Positions 34,738 through 44,452 of a stretch of 64,000 nucleotides of DNA are shown in pieces. The notes beneath the pieces are model-generated. The model made no database searches and was not told the origin of the DNA. It was given only the letters and a program-made list of their open reading frames with translations. The DNA comes from Candidatus Nanoarchaeia archaeon (GTDB lineage Archaea; Nanobdellota; Nanobdellia; Pacearchaeales; GW2011-AR1). The translations under genes and the position numbers were made by a program. Within the stretch, counting starts at the first letter, position 1, and each line of letters opens with the position of its first letter. The DNA lies in NCBI GenBank assembly GCA_035291345.1, contig DATDSF010000038.1:23845-87844 (forward strand), written 5' to 3'.

Positions 34738-35494
34738 AATCCTAGTAAATCAAGTTTATCAATGTGATAATCTATACTTACTCAAAGAATTACCAAGTAA
34801 GTGTATAGATTTGATATATGGGGATGTGTTATTTGGTACTGGAAAAGATTTTAAGGAGTTTAAAGATTTAAAACCTGTGAGATTAGACATATTGGAATTC
34901 TATACTCCAAGATTAATAGAAATGCATAGGGTTCTTAAACCAACTGGTTTATTATACTTTCATTGTGATTCAATCATTTCCCATTGGATAAGAATACTTA
35001 TTGATGGTATTTTTGGTGATCATAATTTCAGAAATGAAATAATATGGTACTATAATTCTGCACCTCGTAAGAAAAAAGATTTTGGAAAAAGACATGATAC
35101 TATATTAAGATATACAAAAACTGAGAACTATTATTTCAACCCAGATTCTAAATATGTAAGACAACCATATTCAGAAACTGCACCAAGAGGTTATGATAAA
35201 GAAAAATATTATGATCAAAGAGGTAAAATATTAGACGATGTATGGACCATTTCAATTCTAGGTCAAAATGATAAAACAGAGAGAACTGGTTACCCTACTC
35301 AAAAGCCAAAATCTTTATTATATCCAATTATAGACTCAAGTTGTCCAAGTGATGGAGTATTCTTTGATCCTTTTGTTGGTTCAGGAACTTCTGTTGTTGT
35401 TGCAAAAGAATTAAATATAGATTTCATTGGGTGTGACATAAATCATAATGCTATTTCTTATACTATAGAGAGGTTAAAGAATGTTAATTGCTGA
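34730..35494 (+). CDS. beta-class amino (N4-C / N6-A) DNA methyltransferase
   Basis: C-terminal SAM motif FDPFVGSGTSVVVA (FxGxG). An N-terminal segment DLIYGDVLF sits where DLIxxDPPY would be, so the DPPY motif is degenerate. Confidence 0.55.
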   Translation: MNEILVNQVYQCDNLYLLKELPSKCIDLIYGDVLFGTGKDFKEFKDLKPVRLDILEFYTPRLIEMHRVLKPTGLLYFHCDSIISHWIRILIDGIFGDHNFRNEIIWYYNSAPRKKKDFGKRHDTILRYTKTENYYFNPDSKYVRQPYSETAPRGYDKEKYYDQRGKILDDVWTISILGQNDKTERTGYPTQKPKSLLYPIIDSSCPSDGVFFDPFVGSGTSVVVAKELNIDFIGCDINHNAISYTIERLKNVNC

Positions 35495-35783
35495 CATAAT
35501 TAAATTAGCGGAATCAGATTTTTCAGAGTGTTTGGAAACATTAAGAAAAAAGGGGAATGACTATGCTGCAGAGATTGATGGTCTTTCTAATTTTAAATAT
35601 TCCGGTGATTTTGCTGGAGTTACACAAGAGCAATCTTGTAAAGTACTAATTGGTACTAAGCTTGCAAGATTAAGAGAATTAACTAATAATCCAAACAAAG
35701 TTGTTGCAAATGAATCAGTAAATGATACTATCAAAGATTTAATAAATTATTTAATCTTATGGAAAAGTATTAGAAATGAGTAA
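35481..35783 (+). CDS. hypothetical protein (100 aa)
   Basis: ORF. Confidence 0.35.
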   Translation: MLIADIIKLAESDFSECLETLRKKGNDYAAEIDGLSNFKYSGDFAGVTQEQSCKVLIGTKLARLRELTNNPNKVVANESVNDTIKDLINYLILWKSIRNE

Positions 35784-36798
35784 AATTCTAAGCACTAAAG
35801 ATGAATTAATACCACATCCAATATCGAAAGTTTCTTTTGGTAGTATCTATTGTGGAGCAGGTTTTCCTATTTTAGGAGCACTTTGGGCAGGTATGAATGC
35901 TAGATGGGGTCTAGAACCACGACCTTATTTTAATATAAAAACTTTCCGTAGCAATTTTCAATCTATTATGTATTCAAGTGAACTGGAAGCTTTTCATCAA
36001 TACCCAGTTGATGTTATTTGGGGAAGTCCAAGTTGTGGAGAGATATCATCAAGTTCTAGAAATTCCAAGAATGCAAAAACTATGGCTATGAAAGAATTTC
36101 AAGATTTTGAATATGTAAGATTTATATTAGAAATTATTGCTAGAAAACCAAAAGTATTCATTCTTGAAAATATACCTTCTGTGAAAAACTTTGTTCAATT
36201 TAATTCTACTCCTGCTGGATTTATATTAAAGCATCAAATCTCAAAAGAAGAAGTTCCTCTGTATGATTATTATATTGAAGAGCATAGGATTACCCCAACT
36301 GAAGTTGGTATACCTCAAGTGAGAGATAGGCTATTTACAATTGGTAGTAGATTTCCTTTTAGGTTTATGTTAGAACCACCAGAAAAAGATTATAGAGCTG
36401 AACTATCTATTGGGCCTATCTTTGAAGAACTTGATGACCTTAGAAGACAAGGTGTTACTTTACATAATGATCATTTTCCAAAACATTCAGAAGAAAAAAT
36501 TGAAAAAATGTCTCGTATTCGTCCTGGAGAAGGTCTCTACGGAGGAATCAACAACAAAAGACTGGACTCAACAAAATGTGGTCCAGTTATCATGTCTTCA
36601 GCAACTAGGTACATACATCCTTGGGAACATAGACTCCTTACAGGAAGAGAATCAGCATGCCTTATGGGACTACCTTTAGACTTCTTGTTTATTGGAAGCG
36701 AAAATAAAGTATTAGATCAGATAGGGAAAGGTATTGTACCACAAGTTGGTGAATATATTCTAAAACAAGTAAAAAAGTATTTGGAAAAAGAGTCATGA
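35776..36798 (+). CDS. DNA (cytosine-5)-methyltransferase family protein
   Basis: Motif I SFGSIYCGAGFPILG. Motif IV GSPSCGEIS. Motif VI FILENIPSV (ENV). Motif VIII IPQVRDRLFTIG (QxRxR). Motif IX TGRESACLMGLPLDFLF. Motif X IGKGIVPQV. Confidence 0.7.
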   Translation: MSKILSTKDELIPHPISKVSFGSIYCGAGFPILGALWAGMNARWGLEPRPYFNIKTFRSNFQSIMYSSELEAFHQYPVDVIWGSPSCGEISSSSRNSKNAKTMAMKEFQDFEYVRFILEIIARKPKVFILENIPSVKNFVQFNSTPAGFILKHQISKEEVPLYDYYIEEHRITPTEVGIPQVRDRLFTIGSRFPFRFMLEPPEKDYRAELSIGPIFEELDDLRRQGVTLHNDHFPKHSEEKIEKMSRIRPGEGLYGGINNKRLDSTKCGPVIMSSATRYIHPWEHRLLTGRESACLMGLPLDFLFIGSENKVLDQIGKGIVPQVGEYILKQVKKYLEKES

Positions 36799-37091
36799 GA
36801 AATAATGTCCAGATTATATCAGAATATAAGCTAAAGAGTAATTCAATACGGAAAGGTTTTTATTTAAGTCAAGTATTGATAACATGGTTAATATTAGATA
36901 AGTTTAACCCATCTACAGTAATAAGTACAATTTATTATGTATTAGTAGCACTTTTTCTAGTAATAAGATTAGTTTACATTACACAAATTGAAAAAGAGAT
37001 GTCATTAGAAAGCTTGGTATATGGTATTTTAAAAAATGTTAGTGATAATAAATCAATTAAATCAATTAATGATATTATAAATAAAAATTAA
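36795..37091 (+). CDS. small membrane protein (98 aa)
   Basis: Two hydrophobic helices. Confidence 0.35.
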   Translation: MRNNVQIISEYKLKSNSIRKGFYLSQVLITWLILDKFNPSTVISTIYYVLVALFLVIRLVYITQIEKEMSLESLVYGILKNVSDNKSIKSINDIINKN

Positions 37092-37102
37092 AGGAAATAG
37101 TA

Positions 37103-38971
37103 ATGAATAAAATAAGTACTGAACAATTCAAGAAAGCTACTTCAGAGATAATGAAAGGTATAAATACCCCTCATAATAGAGAGATTGTTAAAGAATATTA
37201 TAGAGGTAATGAGAATGTATGGCTTGATTCAGCAAATAATCCTTTAATAAGACCTAGACTTGATTTTGTAAAAAATGCAGTATCAACTCTTAGTGCTGTA
37301 AAAGGTAAAGATATCAAAATTCTTGATATTGGAGCTTGGTCTGGTTTGTTTTCAAATGAGCTTAAAATGTTGGGTTATAATAAAGTTCAATGTCTTGAAT
37401 TAAATGTAAAGGCATGTCACTTAGGAGAATTTAGATATGCTTTACCCTACATCAATGCAGATGTTGAAACATATAAAACATTTGAAAAGTTTGATGTTAT
37501 CATAATGGGAGAGATTATTGAACATTTAATCAATCCAGCTGAGACAATTAATAAAGTTAAATCTTGGTTATCTGATAATGGACTTTTATTAATAACTATA
37601 CCAAGAGAAGAACATATGTGGCCAGGAGTTACTGGAAATCCAGCAGATGAAGGATCTGAGCATATTAACCAGATATCAATTGAGGATCTTGAAAAACTAG
37701 GTATGGTTATTACAGATACTATAACCGCTGCTAACAATGAAATGTCATGGCATGTTGGGTATATAGTGAATTCAGTTATTGAAACAAAATTGAAAGAACC
37801 AGAAAAACCAACGTTTCACCTATTAGGCTTAGCAGATTATAAACTTGGATGGGAAGAAGCACCTAATAATCCATTCAATACTAAAATTATTTATATGTGC
37901 AGGATGCTTAAAGAATTAGACTATAAAGTAATTGTTTATGGTGTTGAAGGAAGCAAAATTGATGAGAAGATTGATGAATTTGTTTCTGTTGTTTCTGAGA
38001 GCATGCATAATAAAATACATGGCAAAAGAGATAAAAATGCTCTTGACCATCTAACTAATCAAGAAGGTCTTGATTTTGAAGCTTTTATTAAGAATACAAT
38101 TGAAAGTCTTGAGTCAAGAGTTAAAAAGCATGATTTTATTCTAAATTTCTTTGGGGATGCTTTTAGACCTATCACAGATGTCTATGCATCTCATTGTATT
38201 TGTATTGAACCTGGAATAGGACATGGTGGATCATATTTACCGGATAGAATTTTTGAATCATACACATGGGCAACAGCTTGTTACTATAGGTGGAATAAAA
38301 ACTCTCCCTCATATTTTCCAAACAACTATGATTATGTTATCCCAGCATATTTTAATGTAGATGATTACCCATTTGAAGCAGAGAAAGATGATTATTATGT
38401 ATTCTTGGGAAGGAAAACTTGGGGTAAAGGCTTATCAGTTGCTATTGATGTCACTCACCAATTAGGCAAAAAACTTGTAGTTATAGGCGGTGGTAGTATA
38501 TTTGATCCTGACATTCAAGCGGGTTCAGTATATAAAGTATTTGATCATGTAGTTGAAGTAGGAGTATTACCACTTAAGCAAAAAGTTAAATACTTATCAA
38601 AAGCTAAAGCTCTAATCTATTTTAGTCTATATGTTGAGCCATTTGGTCATGCTCCAATTGAAGCCATGTTATGTGGTACTCCAATTATTACCAGTGACTA
38701 TGGAGCTTTTGTTGAAACAAACCTCCATGGAATAACTGGTTATAGATGTAAAACTATGAATGATATTTACTGGGCTTGTAAATCATCTGAGAAGCTTAAT
38801 CCAGAAAAGATAAGAAAATATGCTGTTGAAAATTATGGGTTAGAGAACATAAAAGAAATGTTTAAAAGATATTTTAAAGATACTCATGATTTAAGAACAG
38901 GAAAAGCAGACTGGTATACAATTGACAAACAAAATCCTGCAAACCTTGAATATCTAAGGAAAAAAATATGA
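37103..38971 (+). CDS. bifunctional class-I SAM-dependent methyltransferase / GT-B (GT4-like) glycosyltransferase
   Basis: N-terminal SAM motif I ILDIGAWSGLFS and an acidic-residue motif (IIMGEII). C-terminal GT4 EX7E motif EPFGHAPIEAMLCGTPII, with GGGS upstream. Confidence 0.6.
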   Translation: MNKISTEQFKKATSEIMKGINTPHNREIVKEYYRGNENVWLDSANNPLIRPRLDFVKNAVSTLSAVKGKDIKILDIGAWSGLFSNELKMLGYNKVQCLELNVKACHLGEFRYALPYINADVETYKTFEKFDVIIMGEIIEHLINPAETINKVKSWLSDNGLLLITIPREEHMWPGVTGNPADEGSEHINQISIEDLEKLGMVITDTITAANNEMSWHVGYIVNSVIETKLKEPEKPTFHLLGLADYKLGWEEAPNNPFNTKIIYMCRMLKELDYKVIVYGVEGSKIDEKIDEFVSVVSESMHNKIHGKRDKNALDHLTNQEGLDFEAFIKNTIESLESRVKKHDFILNFFGDAFRPITDVYASHCICIEPGIGHGGSYLPDRIFESYTWATACYYRWNKNSPSYFPNNYDYVIPAYFNVDDYPFEAEKDDYYVFLGRKTWGKGLSVAIDVTHQLGKKLVVIGGGSIFDPDIQAGSVYKVFDHVVEVGVLPLKQKVKYLSKAKALIYFSLYVEPFGHAPIEAMLCGTPIITSDYGAFVETNLHGITGYRCKTMNDIYWACKSSEKLNPEKIRKYAVENYGLENIKEMFKRYFKDTHDLRTGKADWYTIDKQNPANLEYLRKKI

Positions 38972-41091
38972 AAAATAAGATTGCAATTTTAGTAATTAAT
39001 TATGAAACCCCAGAATTAACAAAAAACTTAATGAATCAAATTAAGACATTTGATGAATCAAAGTTTGATTTAACTATTTGGGATAATAGTTCTTCAAATA
39101 AGATGACAGAAGCTACTGAACTTAGCACCCGTAATCTTGGATTCGATCAAACTGTATTAAAATGGTTAAGCTGTAAAGAAGATTATGCTGGATATTGGCT
39201 TTTAAATAGTGATTGTGTTTTGGATTTACAATATAATTACTTAGATAAATTCTTAAATTTGATTAATCATGCTGATAATATTGGTATAGTCACAACAAAG
39301 GTTAATGACACTCTTAATGGATTTATATCTCCCCAGAGAATTACACAAAAGGGTATATTTCTCACTAGATATTCTGATTTGCAATCTGCAGTTTTGTCAA
39401 ATTCATTTGTAAAAGCTTTCTTAAAAGGTTTAAAAGGGAAAAAATTAAATTACTTTCATGGCGGATTAGATTTAGATTTTGCATTATTTGCTGAACGAGA
39501 AAATTTCTTAATATTAGTAGATTCTACTATGGAAATCAATCATTTGGTTGGAAAATCAACGGATAAAGCGATACCCATTAATGATTTTACCAATTTCTTG
39601 ATTGAAAGGTTTGGTAATTTATCAATACTTGACAAATATACCAATTCTACTGATACTATTAGATTTAATGAAGGTAATGCAGAACTATTAAGTGCTACTT
39701 TGATTGAAAGATATTCAATGCCTGTACCAGAAAATAAAACACCTTTAAAAGCAGTCATTGAATTAAAATCAAAAAAACTACAAGGACAAATGGTAGATTG
39801 GGGAATTATTAATTTTAATAACGGAATTAAGCTTTTTAATGAAATTAAATATGCAGAAGCTATTCCATATCTTAAAATAGCTGCTTATGCAGGAATACAT
39901 CAAGCATATGCATATTTAAGTAGTTGTTATGATCAGACTGGTCGATTCTCAGAAGGATCTGAGTTTTTTAAACCATTAGTTAATCTAGAAGTTTATGATG
40001 ATGTTAGGTCAAGGTATGAATATTTAACTGCTCAAAGAGACACTTATGAAGTTGTAAAAAGAAAACAACAGTTAATAGTTTTCTATGTAAAACCTGATGC
40101 TGGGCATACTTGGGACGCAGATAACACTGAGAAAGGAATTGGCGGATCTGAAATTGCAGTAATACAACTTTCAAAAGAACTTGCTAAATTAGGTCACTTA
40201 GTTTATGTTTTTAATAATTGTGGTAATCCAAAAATCATTGATGGTGTAGCTTGGGAACCTATAGAGAAATTTGATGCTTTTGAAAAGATAAATGAAATAC
40301 ATACTTTAATAGTGTCAAGATTACCAGAATTTAGATTTGTGAATCCAAAGACTAAAGTTTATTTTTGGGCTCATGATTTAAACTATTATAACAGGATTAA
40401 TCCTATTAATATAAACTATTTTGATAAATTTTTAGTGTTATCAAGATATCATTATAGATTCTTTACGGCTGCATATCCATTTATACCTACTAGTAAAATG
40501 GAGATTTTTGCTAATGGTTTAGATTTATCAAGATTTAACCAAAAAGTAGAAAGAATACCTACAAAATTAATATATTCAAGTAATCCAGATAGAGGCATGA
40601 CTGAGTTGATACCCATTTTTGAAGAACTAAAAAAATGGGATAATAGATTAGAATTACATGTTTTTGGATACTATCCAGATAATATTAGAAAACATCCAAA
40701 TTATTGGAAAGAAACACCTGGATTAATTTATAGAGGATATCATAATCAGAAAGATCTTGCAAAAGAATATATGTCTAGTAAATTATGGTTATATCCTTGC
40801 ACATGGTTAGAAACATTTTGTATTACAGCCATTGAAGCTCAAGCAGCAGGAACTCCAGCAGTTGCTTCAGATTGGGGTTGTTTGAGAGAAAGAGTTGGAA
40901 ATGCCGGTATTATTGTTGATGGTTGGATAAAAAATAAAGACCATAGAGAAAATTTTATAAATGCTGTTAAACATTTATTAACCAATGATATTGACTGGTA
41001 TGATTATCATCAAAAAGGATTAGAACAGTCTAAGAACTTATCTTGGATTAATGTTGCAAAAAGATTCTTAGAATTGGGAGATAAATTATGA
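38968..41091 (+). CDS. multidomain glycosyltransferase (GT2-like N-terminus, TPR linker, GT4-like C-terminus)
   Basis: N-terminus KIAILVINYETPE...IWDNSS resembles the GT2 DxD/DDGS region. The middle region is TPR-like (AIPYLKIAAYAGIHQAYAYLSSCY). C-terminus has GIGGSE and EX7E (ETFCITAIEAQAAGTPAV). Confidence 0.55.
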   Translation: MKNKIAILVINYETPELTKNLMNQIKTFDESKFDLTIWDNSSSNKMTEATELSTRNLGFDQTVLKWLSCKEDYAGYWLLNSDCVLDLQYNYLDKFLNLINHADNIGIVTTKVNDTLNGFISPQRITQKGIFLTRYSDLQSAVLSNSFVKAFLKGLKGKKLNYFHGGLDLDFALFAERENFLILVDSTMEINHLVGKSTDKAIPINDFTNFLIERFGNLSILDKYTNSTDTIRFNEGNAELLSATLIERYSMPVPENKTPLKAVIELKSKKLQGQMVDWGIINFNNGIKLFNEIKYAEAIPYLKIAAYAGIHQAYAYLSSCYDQTGRFSEGSEFFKPLVNLEVYDDVRSRYEYLTAQRDTYEVVKRKQQLIVFYVKPDAGHTWDADNTEKGIGGSEIAVIQLSKELAKLGHLVYVFNNCGNPKIIDGVAWEPIEKFDAFEKINEIHTLIVSRLPEFRFVNPKTKVYFWAHDLNYYNRINPININYFDKFLVLSRYHYRFFTAAYPFIPTSKMEIFANGLDLSRFNQKVERIPTKLIYSSNPDRGMTELIPIFEELKKWDNRLELHVFGYYPDNIRKHPNYWKETPGLIYRGYHNQKDLAKEYMSSKLWLYPCTWLETFCITAIEAQAAGTPAVASDWGCLRERVGNAGIIVDGWIKNKDHRENFINAVKHLLTNDIDWYDYHQKGLEQSKNLSWINVAKRFLELGDKL

Positions 41092-41515
41092 CACAAGAAC
41101 AAAAAGAGCAAGTTTCTGAATTTTTATTATATGAGATAGCATCTTCTCCATTTGCATCATTTATAGGGTTACATTATTTTCAAAACATAACAGCAATATA
41201 TTTTGCTTGGAAGGTTAAAAGAAAATTTAATAAATATTTATTATTTAAGGCTAAGAAAAATGGAATCAAACAGAGTAGTTAATACATATTTAGGTATGAT
41301 TGAAGATGAGAAAACTTGTTTAAAAGTAAACAAAGTCAAACTAAAATTAGCACTTCTAGGCTATGGTCAACATCAATTAGAGGGAATAGGATACGTAGGT
41401 ATATTAGAAATGCTTATGAAAGAAGAGAAAAATAAACGTAGAATTATATTTATTCAATTAAAAATACTCTATTATAATTTTATTAAATGGTTTCCTATTA
41501 AAATTAGTATAAGAA

Positions 41516-42907
41516 TTGAACACGAAAGAATTAAAAGATAAAGTAAAGATTGAAGATATCATATCTCAATATATAAAGATTGAGCGTGACTCAAACTATT
41601 CTGACATGAGGGCACAATGCCCATTCCATGAGGGAGATCAAAATCCCTCTTTTAGTGTAAATGGTGTTAAACAACTTTTTTATTGCTTTGGGTGTAAAAA
41701 AGGTGGCGATGTATTTAAGTTTGTAGAATACATTGATAAAATTAATTTTCAAGAAAGTATAAAAAGAGTAGCAAAACTTGCAGGTATTGAAGTTGAACTT
41801 GGAGATCTAGATTTACTTAATCAAATCACTGAATATTACCACGAGCAGATCAATCTACCAAGAGGTATTAAGTTTTTAGATGATAGAGAAATTCCCGATG
41901 AGATGGCTATTGAATTTAAACTCGGCTATGCAAATGAAAATCTTTATGCTCTTTATAATGCTTTTCCAGATTTTAAACAACAGTTGATAGATTTAAACTT
42001 CATTGATTCAAAATATGCAGGAACAGTAAACGAGATAAATCCTTCTAGATTTTCAAACAGGATTATGATTCCTATTACGTCGAACATTGGTACCATTGGA
42101 TTTTCTGGCAGAACTTTAATTGACAGTGAAGATAAATATAAAAATATTAAAAATAATCGTTTCTTCAATAGGAGAGAAATGGTATTTGGTTTACCTCAAG
42201 CAAGAAAATCTATTATTGAGATGGGAAACTGCTATTTAGTAGAGGGCTTTCTTGGGAAAATAAGAATGCATCAAAGACATTATTTTAATACGGTTTCTAT
42301 CTTTGGTTCTGCATTAACTATTGAACAAGCAAGACTTATAAGGAGATATACTAATAAAGTAACATTTTTATTTGATGGAGATGAGGGAGGTTTTACAGCT
42401 TGTATGTTTTCTGCTAAGTCATGTATTATGGCAGGTTTAGATTTTGATATATTAATACTTCCAGATGGATTAGATCCTGATGATTATCTAAAAAAGTCAA
42501 AAAATAAAATAGAAACATTAGATAGTATTGATAAAGTAATCTTCTTGAAAGAAGTATTTATTAAATCAGATATACTAGATTGTGTTGAGAAAGCAGATAA
42601 TATTGAAAAAATTCCAGTTGATATTATTGATGGCTTTAAGATTAATTTGGATATGGTAAGGAAAAACAGGACTACGTCAATTGTCAAAAACTACAATATG
42701 AAAAATCTGACAAAATTCTCCCACATGTTAATGCTTATTGAATCACACCCAAAACTTGAAGTTTTATTAACTGATGAAGAAAGAGTAGAAATTGATAAAG
42801 AAAAAAATAATATGGATTTATTAGAAAATATAATAGATGGTAATAATTTTTATACTAAAGTCAAAGATCCAGAAAAACTATTTAACACAATGAGGAACTC
42901 AAAATGA
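41516..42907 (+). CDS. DnaG-type DNA primase (zinc-binding + TOPRIM)
   Basis: CHC2 zinc finger CPFHEGDQNPSFSVN...CFGCKKGG. TOPRIM glutamate in CYLVEGFLGK and DxD in LFDGDEGG. Start is uncertain; TTG at 41516 is the first in-frame candidate. Confidence 0.7.
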   Translation: MNTKELKDKVKIEDIISQYIKIERDSNYSDMRAQCPFHEGDQNPSFSVNGVKQLFYCFGCKKGGDVFKFVEYIDKINFQESIKRVAKLAGIEVELGDLDLLNQITEYYHEQINLPRGIKFLDDREIPDEMAIEFKLGYANENLYALYNAFPDFKQQLIDLNFIDSKYAGTVNEINPSRFSNRIMIPITSNIGTIGFSGRTLIDSEDKYKNIKNNRFFNRREMVFGLPQARKSIIEMGNCYLVEGFLGKIRMHQRHYFNTVSIFGSALTIEQARLIRRYTNKVTFLFDGDEGGFTACMFSAKSCIMAGLDFDILILPDGLDPDDYLKKSKNKIETLDSIDKVIFLKEVFIKSDILDCVEKADNIEKIPVDIIDGFKINLDMVRKNRTTSIVKNYNMKNLTKFSHMLMLIESHPKLEVLLTDEERVEIDKEKNNMDLLENIIDGNNFYTKVKDPEKLFNTMRNSK

Positions 42908-43362
42908 GTAGAATCACAAGACAGGATTATTTTATGGCTATTGCACAATTAACAGCATTAAGAGGAACTTGTAATAGATTACAAGTTGGTTGTGTTTTAG
43001 TAAATGATAATAGAATTGCTTCTGTGGGATATAATTCATCAGTAAAAGGCACAGCTCATTGTATAGATGTAGGCTGTTTAATGGTTGATGGGCATTGTAA
43101 AAGATGTCCTCATGCTGAAGTAGCAGCAGTTGCTAACCTAACAAGAAGATATCCTCAACTAAAAGCATATATAACACATCAACCTTGTTTAGATTGTCTA
43201 AAATTACTTGTAACTGCAAATGTAACAGAAATATATTATATTAAGGAATATCAATCTGCTGAAAGAAACAGAGTACTTGATGAAATCTCTCAAGCTCATC
43301 CTAATTTTATTATGCAACAAATTATCCCAATAACTAATCTTTTATTAGGTAGTTCTAGGTGA
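42904..43362 (+). CDS. dCMP deaminase
   Basis: Zinc motifs CPHAEVAAV (HAE) and PCLDCLKLL (PCxxC). Confidence 0.75.
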   Translation: MSRITRQDYFMAIAQLTALRGTCNRLQVGCVLVNDNRIASVGYNSSVKGTAHCIDVGCLMVDGHCKRCPHAEVAAVANLTRRYPQLKAYITHQPCLDCLKLLVTANVTEIYYIKEYQSAERNRVLDEISQAHPNFIMQQIIPITNLLLGSSR

Positions 43363-43598
43363 AAAGGTATCTTGTAGTAGTTATAAAGAATAAAAAACCT
43401 ATCACAGTAATAAATTCTTTTCTTGAAAAAGAAACTAAAATTGATGAGTTAGGAGAGATAAGTTATATTTATTATATTAATTTTGAAAATCAAAAACATG
43501 TAGTTAAGTCTGCTACTATTGATTTGTCGAAAATTCCTTGTTGTAAGTTTAAAAATCTATACATTGAAATAATAGAAGAGTTTAAAAATGACAGTTAA
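43359..43598 (+). CDS. hypothetical protein (79 aa)
   Basis: ORF. Confidence 0.35.
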   Translation: MKRYLVVVIKNKKPITVINSFLEKETKIDELGEISYIYYINFENQKHVVKSATIDLSKIPCCKFKNLYIEIIEEFKNDS

Positions 43599-43630
43599 TG
43601 AATGGTTAAATCAGCCTAAGGTAAATAAAG

Positions 43631-44401
43631 ATGTCTGAAGATCAAATACCAAAAAAGATTTACGATGTATTAAAAAAATTAATGAATCTAAAAGAAGGTG
43701 CAGAAAAAATAGGCTCAATTCATGAAGCAGAGAATGCTGCAGCCAGAATTAATGAAATTCTTCTTAAATATAACTTAGAGCTTTCTGAAATTAAATTTTC
43801 AGAGAAATCAAAGATTGAATATGATGAAACAGCTTTACCAGGTATTGTATTTGAAGATGGAATATTTAAAAATAAACGTAAAAATGAAGGTAATTGGGTT
43901 CAACTTCTATATATGATCATTAGTAAACATAATTTATGTAAAGTAGTATTTTCCACTAGAAAGAATTTTATTTTTGGAGTAATGATTTTTGGTAAAAGAG
44001 TGAATATTGAAATAGTTAAATACTTAATTGGTTATCTTGAAGTTGTATTATTAGAGCTAGCAAAAACCTCTTGGAATACTCATTCATTATCAAATACTAG
44101 TGATACTAAAAATACTTATATAAGATCTTTTCTTCAAGGAGCTGTGATGGGGATTAATAAAAAACTTACAGACGAAAAGAATAGAATGATGGCAGAATCA
44201 AATATAATGACTTCTTTAATTAAGAGAGAAGATATTGAAATTGATGCAGTAATTAATGCCCAATTAAAAGACCAAAAAGAAAAAAAGATGCAAACTTCAT
44301 CTTCAAATAATGGATTAAAACATGGATTTGAAGCTGGGAAAGCTATACAGCTTAATAAAGGATTGCATACAAATAGTCAAAACTCAAAAATGATTAACTG
44401 A
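43631..44401 (+). CDS. hypothetical protein (256 aa)
   Basis: ORF. Confidence 0.4.
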   Translation: MSEDQIPKKIYDVLKKLMNLKEGAEKIGSIHEAENAAARINEILLKYNLELSEIKFSEKSKIEYDETALPGIVFEDGIFKNKRKNEGNWVQLLYMIISKHNLCKVVFSTRKNFIFGVMIFGKRVNIEIVKYLIGYLEVVLLELAKTSWNTHSLSNTSDTKNTYIRSFLQGAVMGINKKLTDEKNRMMAESNIMTSLIKREDIEIDAVINAQLKDQKEKKMQTSSSNNGLKHGFEAGKAIQLNKGLHTNSQNSKMIN

Positions 44402-44403
44402 TG

Positions 44404-44424
44404 ATTTATATTTGTTAAGTTAAT
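44404..44424 (+). promoter_or_regulatory. conserved promoter-like motif
   Basis: ATTTATATTTGTTAAGTTAAT upstream of the polymerase gene. Confidence 0.4.
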
Positions 44425-44452
44425 AAAATAATTGTTCTATTCAAGGATTAAT

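Noticed and set aside
33437-36798. The three methyltransferases could form restriction-modification systems.
   Set aside because: No endonuclease-like ORF (PD-(D/E)xK, HNH or GIY-YIG motifs) is recognisable next to them. The interspersed ORFs are small and lack motifs. Orphan methyltransferases or modification-pathway enzymes are more likely.
41088-41541. Two small overlapping ORFs (41088-41282, 41203-41541) between the glycosyltransferase and primase genes.
   Set aside because: They are in different frames and overlap. The second covers the region where the primase N-terminus and its start must lie. The sequence shows no good reason to call either. The region may instead hold the primase 5' end and leader.
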